Of a stretch of DNA of 64,000 bases, positions 51,901-64,000 are shown in pieces. The notes beneath the pieces were generated by a model that searched no databases, was not told the origin of the DNA, and was given only the letters and a program-made list of their open reading frames with translations. The first letter of the stretch is position 1. Each line of letters starts with the position of its first letter. Both the position numbers and the translations under genes were made by a program. Source of the stretch: Acanthaster planci (taxonomy: Eukaryota); the NCBI RefSeq assembly GCF_001949145.1, contig NW_019091361.1:186001-250000 (forward strand), written 5' to 3'.

Positions 51901-54900
51901 GCTTAAGAAAATGTAAAGGCGTACTTTTAAAATGAAGCAGGTTTGGGTTTTTTGCACTTGGCAGATCACCGTGGTTACAGTGCATCATGCTTGTGAGGAG
52001 GCAGCTGGGAAACAGCAAATTAAGCACCAACTTATATTTGTACAACAATTTTGTCTGAAATGATGCATTTTATGTATCCAAATGAGCAGAAACTTCAGGA
52101 GAAAAATTGGAAGGCCATGGAAGCCCTCACGGCTGCTGAAAAAACTAGCGAAGAGAAAGTGGCCAAGGCGTTGGAGAAAGAGAAGGTTAGATACAATGTA
52201 TCTCATAGCACGAGCTCTTACTCTACCTTGTCATGTAACAAACATGTCTGTTGCATGCTGGTTTTTTCTTCATTGCAGTACTGTGCTTCACTGCAGATGT
52301 GCACCAGTGCTAGCTATCAATACGAAGCCTCAAGCAAAATCATAAAATTTCTTTTTCTGTGTTGTTTTTGTTCTGTTTTATTTTGAAAGAGTCTGCAAGA
52401 AGTTGCTCTTTGGAGCCTAGAGGTAATGCAAAGGTCACTTTTAGGGTTCTTAGGGATGTACTAATGTTGACTTGCTCGATGGGATTCCAGCCATGTTTGT
52501 GTAACTTTAGGGTTCAATACAAAATTAAGACTTATAATTCTACCCTGATTGGTGCTTGGCATAGTAATTTTGCACAATGAATTTTCTACTGATATATACA
52601 GTAGAAATTCTTAACAGTGTAGTAACATAATTAAATATAAATATGAAAACGATGGTGGACTTTTTTCTAATTCCATTTCTTGTTTTAATTTTAAATTTCA
52701 TGTGTATTTGAAATGGTTTTCATTTACATGCATTTTTTTAATCAAAATGTATTTTTAAGTAGATGTCATAGGGCTGCATGGCCAAATAACGGTGCTCTGC
52801 AGTATATGTACACGTATTGAATTTGTGTACAAATGACACACGATATTTGTTCTAAGTGAGGTTGAGAAATACATGTAGCATGTTTTTATATATACGGTCT
52901 TTCATGGGGACACATTACATGGTTGCATAGGTCCATATGAGCTTTGCATGTGATGTACATGTGTACTACCCGGATACATGTACATGTACACGTGACCAAT
53001 CTCAGTCTCAGTTGAAACAATATCCAGCGGCCATTTCTCTAACTCGCTGGATAAGTGACACATACGTACATTTAAGCACAGGTAATGTTCATGTGGAAAG
53101 AAGCACCGACTGCAAGATAGGGACAAGTTCTACACAAGAGTCAACTTAGTCTCTCTTACATGTACATGTAGTTACCTTTGAGGGAAGGCAAGTTTGTGAA
53201 CTGTCCACATTCATAATCTAGAGTGTAAATCCTCTCATGCAAGCCTAAACTAAATGTAGTTATCCTTATTCATTTCAAATAGATTATGCTGTACGTAATC
53301 CTTACTGCAGCTAACTTACAAGAAGGGTTGAAAGTTGAACTGGCAGGGGTTTTTTGAGGGGAAGAGGGTTTGATTTTTTGTTTATTTGTTTGTTTTTTCA
53401 TTTTTATTTGCTAGCATTTTGTTGCCCAAATTCAACAATGTGGGTTCTTGTAAGTGCATAAAAGATCACAATGCTGAAGCCAGAAACTGCAAATGCATTA
53501 CTTGATTACATCTTAGTTAAGTAACACCAAGGGTCTAACTCATCCAATAAAGTTTTGAGACACGTCCACTCAATAATCACCTTGAATGTCTTGCTTATGA
53601 AATTGTTGAGTCATATCAACTCTTTCGTTAGTATTAGTGATATCAAATTAAGTCATAAATTGTTGATGAGTTACCTGGTGTGCCTGACTTACATTGCACC
53701 AAATCAAAGTCTCCATTTCATTCATTATAAACAAGCATTTTGCTAATGGAGCAATAATGGTTTTGTGAACAGCACCTTGAATTGCATGACATATTCACTA
53801 ATAGAGAGGCATTGGTAAAATGTGTACATGTCATTGCTCTATTAACTTGACACCTATTGCTTGCTTGGAAAACTGCATGATAAACACAGCTCTCTTGTTT
53901 TATCTTTGTTTGTCAGATGATAGTAGCAGGTTGAATGTTCATTACTTGTTAACTAAGAGGCATCCATCCAGGTTTTGTTTACTATTTAGTCAGTTCCCAC
54001 TGTAACGCTTAAAAGGGGTTTACATTGTTAACAGTGAACAGGCAACGCAGACCTTTTTCAGATATTAAAAAAAGCTTTTATGTACATGCAACTAATACCA
54101 TACTGCAAAATGTTCGATTAATTTGTTGTTTTCTTTCTAACTCCTGACTTAAAAAGATTTGTTTCCTTTACCGTTCAAACTGCTTTCTATTGCATTGCCT
54201 CACTAAAAGGAGACATGACAGTCATACTAACACATCTTTGAAATGTCAGGATTGTAATGTATTGCTCACTTTAATCAAGAACTTTAAGTATGGTAGCATA
54301 ATTATATTTTTGCATTAGAAAAGCAAGATTCTAGTAAGGTTGAGGGGATTTTAACATAAGTGAGCTAAAAAATGCACCTGTACATGTAGTCAGTGAGACA
54401 GAAGGTACTCATGTACATGTGCAAGAATTCAATGCACACGAAATATTTTTGGGTGCTGCTTTCTTGTGTTTTCTGAAAATGTTACCTGTAGATATTTCTG
54501 TTTTTGTCACTTCATGCCCAGTTATATTTTATCAGAAACACCATTTGTTTTAGGATGCTACAAAATGCTTGCTAGTCACACATAAAGGTGTAATTCATCA
54601 TGTCGTTTTTGCTTCTGTAATGTGCAGTTAAGTTTGTATTTGTGACAGGTCGATAGTTTAGTGTTGCCCCTTTTATGTTAATAGAATTTTGATGTTTTCA
54701 GTTCAGATATTTGTACTTTGTTACATTTTTCCCTTTTTCAAAAGAAGACCCCCAAAAATTTAAAGATGCATTTGTTTTACAAAACTAAAATTTATTACAC
54801 AGTCCAAAGATTACTTCATGGATTCTACTCAGGTAAAGAAGGCAAATAAAGCAATATTTTTATTTTTTCTGTCTTTAGAATTTCAAGACGACAACTTGTA

Positions 54901-57900
54901 CATGTATATTCCAAATTATTTTGCATTAAATGAAGTTCATCAAGGCTGTGGTTACTTCAAATTGCCAAGTTGAAGAAAAGTACAGGTTTTGTTTTGAATC
55001 CCATGCAGAGGATTACTCTAGCATTTATGTAAGGCATTTCATTTTCAGAAGTTATTTCTATATTGGTTTGTACCTCAGTCCACTGAGAACTCAAGTGGTA
55101 ATTAACTAGTTGGTCATCTCTCCTTTGATCCTAAATGTAGTCATTCATGGGAATATTTTTAAGAACAAGTTAAGTACAAAAATTTAGAGTTAAACTAGTC
55201 TGTATGGATTAATTGTGAATCCTTGGCTTCTACACAAACATGTTTTCAGTACAAGTAACAATATGTTGGATATAATAATGATTGCTGAACATTTCAAGAA
55301 GGAACTAAAATTGACATGTTTCTCTTAAACCTTCAAAGATCAAAGAAAAGCCTCCCTTTGGATTAAAGGGGCTCACCTTTATATTATCACAGTATGAGTA
55401 GGAAAGGGATTATAATTCACTTCGAGGCAATGCTTTTAAATCCTCTTATTTGTTCAATTTGTCCTTACCAGGAGGAACTGGATGCATGTTTATACAAGGA
55501 GAAGGAGGCATCCAAGAGCATGCTGATGAGGATGTTCCCTGATATTAACATTGATGCCACTCTGGTAAGTTGGGTTATCATCTGTAATATACCACTGCCC
55601 TTGTTGATTGTTTATCCATCAGCATGGGATACAGGTATATAGGGATGGAGGTTGAAATTGGTAAAGGAGCACAAAGGGGTCTTGCTATTTGGTTTCAACT
55701 TGTTTCACGGGTACAAGTTGGTCAGCTTCCACAGAAAATCCTGGGAGGGAATTACATGAAGAGTTGTTATGACTCTGGTGCCGTAGAATTGACCATTTCT
55801 AGTTGGTAAACCTTATGATGTGACTAGCTGGTTAACTAATCATGAGTCTTTGTTCAGAGCTGCCCTTAATCCAAACCATGGCAACTTTTCATTTCTAGGA
55901 GTATAAAGACTGGCTATCACAGTTTGAGAAGAATGCCTTGAATGATCTTGCCGTACAAAAAGCTTCCTCAGGATTAGAGGTGAGAAACCACCTTGCATTC
56001 AATTCTTCAATTTAAACTTCATTATTTTCTTCTTGAGAAAGTTATTACAGGTGCTGGTGTCTTGGAACACGAAGTGTAGAAATTCCCAAATGTTCTGGAT
56101 TTATTTTATTTCATGGTATTGATCACATGATCTGTACGTGTGTTAGGTTGCTGAACTGTCTTCCACCTTGTCCAGTGTGGAGGAAGAAAAGAAACAATTA
56201 GTCAGCCAGTGTCAACATTACAAGTCAGTGCTGAGTGATACAGTAAGTAAATTTCAGTGCCATTTTTAATTGGAGGTTGTGCTTGTGTAATTCAAACTGA
56301 TGAGGATGACTTACGCCTGTAGACCATTGGTCTCATAAATGTAACCTTACAAAGTCACATGACTCTAAGGTACATCTCATATGTGGAATTATTTTACTTT
56401 GAAGGAGGGAATCCTTAATAAACTTCAAAGCAGTGTAGAATCTGAGGAGAAGAAGTGGCAGGACAAGATGTCAATAAAGGACACAGCCTTGGCACAGGTA
56501 GGTCAAAGTTCAAATTACTTGCCAGTTATCAGCCAAACATTCTTGGAATTCCTGTCTCCCTTTGAAGCACTCATGTCCCCGTGGCAAACATGCCACATCC
56601 AGATATGTAACTTTTACTCGCTGATTTCCTTGCTTTTCACTTCTCAAGTGTGTCTTTATAAAATGAAAAATGCTGTACTGAAGTCGTGTGGCTTCAATTT
56701 TCCTGCTTTTTTGCTGAATTCCTACATGTAGTTGCATGCCTGTACATACGTACCTCTATCCAATTCTTGGAGTACACAATAATCAACTTTAGCCCGGCAG
56801 AAACCACTGTGCAGGATAAAAAGACAGCTTGCAGATAGTTACCTTGCTGAGAGTACATTCATCATCATCTGGTGCACTAAGTACATTATACAACTGTTGA
56901 TCCAGAAAGTTTAATGAGATTTGTTAATATAAACGGGTGTGTTATGGGCTAATCAACAAAGAGTGGCTTGTGGGAATACAACTTTTCACTGAAAAAAAAT
57001 TATAACATACACCAGGTTACTGGAATGTTCATGCATTGGAATAGGCTAATGAGGAATTCACTGATGAGCAGAAAGCATTCATGTTCAATAGTAAATCAAC
57101 AACATCATGACCTGCATCATTGAATTTTCTCTGCCATCATGACAACAGGCAACCAAGGAGATTGCATCACTACAAGAACAAACCAAGCAACTAGACCAGC
57201 TGAAGCAGGTAAGTTCAATACTTGGATATTTAGAGTACGTCTGTAGAATTTAATGTAAATTGTTCATTAATGTACATCATTTTCATCATAATTAGAGAGC
57301 ATGTTTCAAAATTAATAATTTCTCTTCCTTGAAAATCAGAACAGTTTAATACTGACAGTAGTTGAGACAGTAGACTCTAAGCCCAGTTACCTCCTAAATG
57401 AGGATCATATTGAAAAAGAAATTGTCATTTACATGATTATTTGTTCAAGCAAAAACTCCGTGGATTTTCTCACACTGGGATGATAACGTGTGTTGCTAAC
57501 ACCACACAGACATATGTAAAGCATGTGCCCGTTACCCTACAGATATCTGCAGACAATGAGAGATTGTCCAGTGAGCTTGAGACAGCGCGGACCAGCTTGA
57601 GCCAGATGGAGAAGGAGCGGTCAGCGTCTGCCACAGAGTATGAATCGACATGCCGTGAGCTGAAGGACGTTCAGAATCAACTCCGGCAACTGATGGAGGA
57701 GTTGAATACAGCTAATCAGAGAGCAGAGAATAGTGTGGATGTTGCAGAAATGCAGAAGGTATTGAAGAGTTTATGAGTTGGCCCTTGGGTGTCGAAGAGT
57801 TTACGAGTTGGCCCTTAGGTGTTGATTGTTATCAGAATTGAACAATAAACAGTTACATTCCCTGGGCATACAATATGTCAAGATAGTGTAGGTCCTTCGC

Positions 57901-60900
57901 TCCAACTTTTTCCGGAGGTAGGAAATGTTTAAATTAGTTCAAGTTTTGTTTGTTTGAAGCATTCGGAATTGCATCTTGATTTATTGCATTGACATTAATG
58001 TGACGATTGGCATGCCCACATTTTGAATTGAAAGAGGCGTAAATGTGCTGGAGATGTGAATGTTGAATTGACTACACATCATTGCCTATTAACGAATCAT
58101 CTATTCTGTGAATTATAACCAGTTATTCCATGATTCCAGTGTTACACACTGTAATAATACATCCTGCATAGTAACAAACCCCTGCATATGCCGACAGTAA
58201 CAACTGCAAGAAGTAACTTATCAGCTGATAATACAGGTGATAAGTTATTTCTTGTATTTCTCAGCCCTTCCCATCCACCCTCAGCTCATGTGTTCATATC
58301 TTCGTATGTTATCTTGTTTCAATAATTACGTAGGATTGCAAATATGGATACCTCCCAGGAATTTTAGGGAATTCACAGGAATATTAAGGTGGTGGGAATT
58401 TGTTGGTTCAAGGAGAGTGTACCAGGGATGTCTCTGGCAAGGATGATTTAATTTGGAAGGACATTGCCACGATATCATTTGGTCTTATAGCCACTTTTCA
58501 TTTCTAGTGCTTTGGTAAATGTAAGCATTGATTTGAAACATTTTGGTGTTGCCAAAATGAAACACTCATAAATTGCGTTTTCCAATATTCAAAGAGGAAA
58601 TTCATCAAACATTTAAAACATGCCTCTTGTCCTGTGAATATCCTCAAGTTCATGTAGACAGGATTCACTGTTTTGTAAATGTCGATCTCTTTGCAATCCT
58701 ACATGTGTGCTTATATTATAATTTAGTTATCCTTGAATGCTAGGTGACAGCCACCTTAATTGCTGAACAAGAAAAGAGTCAGAAACTGTCCTCTGATCTG
58801 GAGGAAGCTAACCGTAGCCTGGAGCAACTCCGTAAAGCTTCCAGTTCCAGCAAAGACATCTTACAGCAAGAACTGCAGACCCTGCGTTCCTCTTCTCAGC
58901 AACTACAAACAGAATTAACCAGCACCAAGCAGGATCTGGAAACAGCCTCCCAGAAACTTGCTCAGTCCACCAATCAGCTTCTGAGCTCCCAGCAAGACCT
59001 AGTCCAGTCTCGGTCAGAGGCACAAGAGCTTAAGCGAAACCTCTCTAGAGCAGAGGAGACAGCAGAAGCAGCTGCTAAAGAAAGACAGGCAGCTGAGCAT
59101 AGTCTTGCAGCTCTTCAAAGGGACCTGGAAGCTTCCTCCAAGGAGAAGCAAGAGACTGAGCAGAACCTTGCAGCTCTTCAAAGGGACCTGGAAGTTTCCT
59201 CCAAGGAGAAGCAAGAGACTGAGCAGAACCTTGCAGCTCTTCAAAGGGATCTGGAGGCTGCCTCCAAGGACAAGCAACAGACCGAGCAGAGCCTTGCCAA
59301 TTTGAAAGAAAGCCTAGATGCAATCTCCAAGGAGAAGGAAGACACTGAGAACAGTCTTTCTGCTTTGCGAGAAAACCTAGATGCAATCTCCAAGGAAAAG
59401 GAAGAGACTAACCAGAGTCTGGCAGCTTTGAGAGAAGAGCTAGAGGCATCCCAAAAAGCCCAGCAGGAAACCCTAGAGAGTACTAAGAAGCTCCAAGAGA
59501 GTGAGGAATCCACTCAGAAGCTACAGGAAGTACGGGTGCTATTCTATCAACATAGTTAAAAAAAAATTGCAGACTGGAAGAAGATAACACAACCTTACTT
59601 GACAAACTTTGATTTCATCACAGTAGAATCCATTCTAACTACTAGCCATTAACTAACATCTCATGATTATTCTTTTCCCCATCTTCTCAGTCTTGTAGCT
59701 CGCTCTTTTTAGAGCAGCTGAACGTTTTTAAAGTTTTGAAAATGAAAATGAGACCAATTCCTGAGCAGTTTGGAGCTCTTGGCTTATACATGTAGATCTT
59801 TTTCCAGTCATGAGATCAGTCAGTGTCTTTCATCTGCTTTGCTTTCAGCATAAAGCTGCGAATAATGCACATGCACACCTTATGCCTGTGTTTCTATACT
59901 TAAGTGTGTCTATCTCTTCCACTATGTTCTTTACCCACTTTTCCTTATTCTCCTTTTTCTGTTTTTCTCAACAGTTATTTTGTTGAAGTTTTCTTTTTCA
60001 TTTGGCATACCTCATGTATGTCCCATCATTTCGCAGCCCTGCTGCAAGTAAATTGCTAAGAAATACATGTGTATCATTGTCACAGTTTCTGAAGCAGCTA
60101 CGCATTGTGTCTGTGGCATTGTCAGTGACAAGCTAATTTAGAATCTAAAAACATCAAGTTCTTGTTAATTGTGATGGGAAACACCTGCCATCTGTTTGCA
60201 TAGTTGAGGCGTTCTGTTACTGCAGTGTGTACATGGCAGGGATCTTGCCAGCAGCCAGTCAATATGTTCCCTTGTTCCATGCCTTGGTTTTGTTTTCTGT
60301 GGTCCAAGTGACCCCATGCTTGCATGCCAGATATATTTGTATGTATGTGGCATCATGGCTAAGCTCTTGGTCATATGTGTAGTTGATGTTTTTTCGGGTA
60401 CTCTGTTTACTCTGAGTAGCGTATCCGCTTGATGTCAGATAAAAACTGCATCAAAATGGAGAAATAGAAGACTGACCAATTTAAAGCATAATGGTCATAA
60501 CAGAAGTCATTAAATGTGGTACAGTTATCATGCAATGGTCTCATTTTTATGGTATGGTGCATGATACAGAGCACAAGTGAAGTACACGTACAGGACACGT
60601 ACAAGAACAGTTGAAATGGCATACCTTGGTACTTTTCAAAGATGTCTGTGGGTTTGGATATTCCAGGCTACAAAGAGGGTCATAAATGCACGTAGCAGCT
60701 CTGTTGTCGGTTGGAAAAGTGCTAATTATTGAGGAAAAATAGTGCACTGATACTTTCACCTCAAGGGGAATTGCCCTAGCCTGGAAAGTTGTATCCATAA
60801 CAGTTCATGGTTGTAGCGAGGTGAGGCGTCACTCGTTTTAAGCAAATATTAGTCTAAAGAGAGCGCTGCCTTTTATTCTGTTTGCTTCTCCATAAAATAC

Positions 60901-63135
60901 CTGTCAAAATAATTGCTGGTACATGTACATGTAGCAGTGCCAAGAAATCAGGCTTCCTGCATGGCATTGTATGTTTTGAGTCTTGTGGTTGGCTCCAGAA
61001 CTGCTGACACTGGGAGTCAATGCATACCGTACTTGTACGGTACATGAAGCACCTGTTCAAATGTGTTTATACAATGTAGGAATGAGGAAGTATTTATAGC
61101 TCCTGCTCCTGTTCTTTCAGAATACCTTAGATGGGAGAACAGCATACTTCTGTATGTAGTAGGGAGTAAGCAGTGTTGAAAAGACTTGCTGAATTAGCCT
61201 ACATACATGTACATATACGGGCAAATACAGGTAAATGTAGCCACGTATGGGCAGAGACCATGTTTCCCAAGCGCAGTAGAGGTGTATGTGCCTAGTTATA
61301 ATACATTTTTTCTGAGTGTTAGATCATCAGCTTTGGATTCGGCTGTGCAAACTCCAGGAAATTGTGAAATGTCTCCAACAGTTATTTGTTTTGCACCTGT
61401 TCATTGTGTTATCAAGGATGTAGCACAAAACTGGAAATGTTCCCGTTCCTTTCAGAATACTTGAATGGGGAACGGCAGACTCCTACATGTAGTGGGAATT
61501 AAGCAGTGTTTCCATCTTGAAAAGACTTGTTGCATTAGCCCACATACATGTACCTTACATGCACATGTATGTAAACAGAGACCATTATTTCCCAAGCATA
61601 TAACACCAAGTGAACAGGTGTATGAACCCAATTACCACACATACTTTTTTTCTGAATATTTGTTAAGCACCCTTGGTTTGAAATGCTTGGCCATACAAAT
61701 TCCAGGATATAGTGAAATGTCTCTAACACTAATCTATTTTGCACCTTGTTTAACTGTAAAAACTTGCATTATTGATTAACCCACAAGAGAACCAGGAAAA
61801 TCTGGGAGAACAGTTATGACAAAGGCATTCATTCAAAGTGGCCGACATTGTTTCCAAAGCTGCATGCAAATTCACTCTATGCAAATGTTAAATCAGCATT
61901 TTGAACATGTGAATCGTGTATCACCATGCTTGTAACTGATATTTTTGTGTCATCTTGAAGTACATGCTTGAGTGTTTTTACTTCAGTTTGCATGGGCTTA
62001 TTTGTTGGTATTTGGTTCTGTTAATCATGGTCATCATTTCACTCTCATTTGCTAACTTGTAATTTTGTTGAAATTGTCCATGAATAGTGCTCATGCTAAT
62101 GAAATATTAATATTTATTTGTAATATTAATTGAATCTACTCAAATCCATCTCAGATATCATGATACATCTGCCTTGTAAGAAAAAATACTGTCTAGAATT
62201 TAACCTCAATTTAATTGGGCTTATTGGAAAGGTGCAGTGGAAACTGCATCGGTATGGCTGATACTTGCTTTATTGGAACAGCGTGAGCCTTATACCCAGA
62301 CTATTTACTGTGAAAATTAATTTTAAAAATGCCATCGCTTGTCATCTGCAGAAGGAAAAAGTCTCCTTAAGTTAAAACAATTCTTAAAGGCTTTCAGCTG
62401 AAGGTTTCCACTTTGCCTGTTCCAATGTAACATAGATTCTTTGCATAAGATTCATCCAATGAACCTTCAAGATGGCTACTTTATGCAAAGGGTCTGTTTG
62501 ACAAATTTCTTAATTGCTTCACATGTACATCCCCAATCAAACTTCTCTGGTTTTTTGGAATATGTGTTTATCAAGAGTTTGTCCAAGACTTGCCCTATGT
62601 TATTATAGTAATAGCTGGTATAGACAGCACACATATCTGACTGCATGTAGCAAAAAAACATGTAATTTGGTGATTTGACAAAACTTTGCTGCTTTAATTA
62701 CAGATACACATAGCAACATTGGCATTCAGAATTACCTTTGATCCCAAAATTATTTGGAGCTACACTTTTCTTGACAGAAGAAAATAATCGTAACCCTTGC
62801 AAGGAATAATTATTTCTTTTGCAAAAGTCTCAACTTTAAAATTGTCATCAAATCAATCCTAAACCAGGTGAAGTTACCCAATTTTCATTTGTATTCAAGA
62901 TGGTTTTTGTCATCCATTCTAATCACTAATTGATTCCTCCTTCCATTAACCCCCTTCTTCTCACCAGGAGATTAACACCTTAAAAGAAAGTCTCCAGAAG
63001 GAGAAGGTTCTTACCAGGGATCTAGGCACAGCAGCAGCCAAACTCCAGGTTATGCTAAAGAAAACACAGAGCGCCTTAGCAGCAGAGAAGGAGACAGTCT
63101 CTGAACTCAAGACTAAGGCAGATGTCACTGGGGAG
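36934..63135 (+). CDS. RRBP1: Ribosome-binding protein 1 (p180)/kinectin-family ER membrane coiled-coil protein; 3'-partial (1270 aa visible)
   Basis: ACCATG at 36934 is followed by an N-terminal TM segment and FTMKEKTYEEAIAEQR (RRBP1-type N-terminus), then a K/P/Q-rich region. Later family motifs: WVKANQRDPVQAMKKQLQEKE, QKQRNNKLQEKNWKAMEAL, CQHYKSVLSDTEGILNKLQSSVESEEKKW, LQKEKVLTRDLGTAAAKLQ. Exons: 36934-37783, 43797-43942, 44400-44469, 45156-45313, 45726-45877, 46506-46656, 46886-47110, 47496-47600, 48464-48615, 49202-49313, 52090-52185, 55472-55564, 55899-55979, 56147-56242, 56405-56497, 57149-57208, 57543-57758, 58744-59529, 62968-63135. No stop codon is reached in the window. It may be co-orthologous to both RRBP1 and KTN1. 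Confidence 0.9.
37339..37386 (+). repeat. Coding CAG/CAA microsatellite (poly-Q) in the RRBP1-like exon
   Basis: CAGCAGCAG... encodes QQQQQQQQPKQKQQQQ. Confidence 0.85.
37901..38264. mobile_element. MITE-like inverted-repeat element with TAACCCTAA-like ends
   Basis: 37931-37954 ACCCTCCTCAATCCTCCAGAATCC is inverted at 38233-38256; outer TAACCCTAA / TTAGGGCTA; internal AATCCTCC repeats. Confidence 0.6.
38329..39906. repeat. Near-identical direct duplication of about 670 bp flanking an N-gap (likely two haplotypes)
   Basis: 38329-39003 is repeated at 39236 to about 39906 with scattered SNPs and small indels; the N-run 39004-39235 lies exactly between the copies. Confidence 0.9.
41641..42471. 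mobile_element. Composite Harbinger-like MITE / fold-back element
   Basis: Left end TTA|AGCCGTGTCCCCATTGGAC; matching right ends GTCCAATGGGAACATGGCT|TTA (ending 41858) and GTCCAATGGGAACACGGCT|TTA (ending 42471); internal arms at about 41652-41805 and 41878-41998 are inverted copies. Confidence 0.7.
44492..44882. mobile_element. Degenerate TTAA-flanked MITE
   Basis: TTAA|CACTAAC ... GTTAGGG|TTAA; internal AAACTCCAACA/TGTTGGAGTTT palindromes and CCAAACCT repeats. Confidence 0.45.
48267..48437. repeat. 29-bp minisatellite next to an N-gap, abutting a splice acceptor
   Basis: ATCATGTCATTGTCACATATAAAGCATCC about 6 times, ending about 25 nt before the exon at 48464. Confidence 0.9.
59104..59481 (+). 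repeat. Coding 63-bp (21-aa) tandem repeat, 6 units
   Basis: LAALQRDLEASSKEKQETEQN-type units start at 59104, 59167, 59230, 59293, 59356 and 59419. Confidence 0.9.
61105..61750. repeat. Diverged intronic tandem duplication (unit about 335-345 bp)
   Basis: Collinear blocks TTTCAGAATAC, AAGCAGTGTT, GAAAAGACTTG, ACATACATGTAC, CAGAGACCAT, TTTCCCAAGC, GTGAAATGTCTC and TTTTGCACCT occur at about 61115-61400 and again at about 61450-61746. Confidence 0.8.
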
Positions 63136-64000
63136 GTATGTAGCACGAAGGAACATATGATTTGAGCAATTTTTCCCATTAAATAAAGTCTTATGTATTA
63201 AGCCTTACCATCCACACCTTTAAATCAACAGAGGTTTTGTACCAAGTTGAGGCAAATAAATCCTCCACTGTTACTTCACATGGTTCCTCATTTTCCTTGT
63301 AAGTCATGGTGCATTGGATGAACTTAGAGTTTAGGAAGGGGGAGACTGTCCAAGGAAAACACAAAGGGTGTCAATATGAAGTCATGGCGGAAGGAAGAAA
63401 TATACGATATGTGGCAACACGGGACTCATTTTTATAATATTTGGTGACGTAGATGTACACGAAAACTAGTCTTTGAGAGACCATTTATATGAACATCAAC
63501 TGTCCATGGGAGCGCGTATCTTTAGTGGATTTGTTCTTTTAATTGCAAACCTCAAAAGTTCTACTTGTACCGGTGCCTTTCATTCAAGAGACATTAGACC
63601 TTGATACCTAGTTTACTGAGAACATCTCGAAGGCGATAATGTAATTTTTGGGCTTAACCCCCTATGGACCATTGAAATCCTGCATAACCTTGTTGGGTTC
63701 AGCACGGTTAGGGGTATTATACGGTCTAGGGGGACACTGGCAGCATGCACATCTTAAAGTAAAAATCCCCAAAGAAAAAGTGGATAATTTTGGAATGTGC
63801 TGCCACAAGTGTCGGCCTTTTATTAGAGCAAGTAGTTATACTCGGCCCGTATTGGAAGAGTCACTTTGAGCACACACTAATATGTAAAATTCTTTGCCTT
63901 TAACTATAAAAGCATGTTATATCACTGTCCCAAATCACTCGCTTGTCCTTAAAAATACGGTTTAGCAAATTTGAATGCTCATGCAGAATCAGCTCAACAC

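Noticed and set aside
57020..57085. CTGATGAG..GAAA hammerhead-like core (also CTGATGAG near 56297)
   Set aside because: There is no room for stem II and no stem I pairing; the second site lacks GAAA.
63300..64000. Possible transposon fragment at the window end (also CpG-rich patches at 14960-15460, 17830-18060 and 33280-33870)
   Set aside because: The composition is repeat-like, but I could not identify matching TIRs or TSDs.

Overview
This is eukaryotic, intron-rich animal DNA. It looks like an invertebrate bilaterian, but I cannot resolve the species. It is a draft scaffold with three N-gaps (2686-2841, 39004-39235, 48101-48254). Three genes can be reconstructed exon by exon with consistent splice phases: (1) the 3' part of the HECT E3 ubiquitin ligase HECTD1 on + (38 visible exons, 460-27073, 5' end outside the window); (2) a complete enolase-phosphatase E1 gene, ENOPH1, on - (6 coding exons, 33103-29926), convergent with HECTD1; (3) an RRBP1/p180-kinectin family ER coiled-coil gene on + (ATG 36934, running past the window end), head-to-head with ENOPH1. 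The introns hold many non-autonomous DNA transposons (Harbinger-, Kolobok-, piggyBac- and hAT-like), a tRNA-derived SINE and minisatellites. The most notable oddities are: a G.U-rich hairpin coinciding with an in-frame cryptic exon in an RRBP1 intron; a half-deleted MIB/HERC2 domain in HECTD1; an NLS-like peptide just behind the ENOPH1 stop codon; a GC-AG intron; an in-frame, stop-free intron inside the HECT domain; and strongly positional TACATG clusters. All homology calls come from my recall of the protein families, not from database searches, and coordinates were read by hand.
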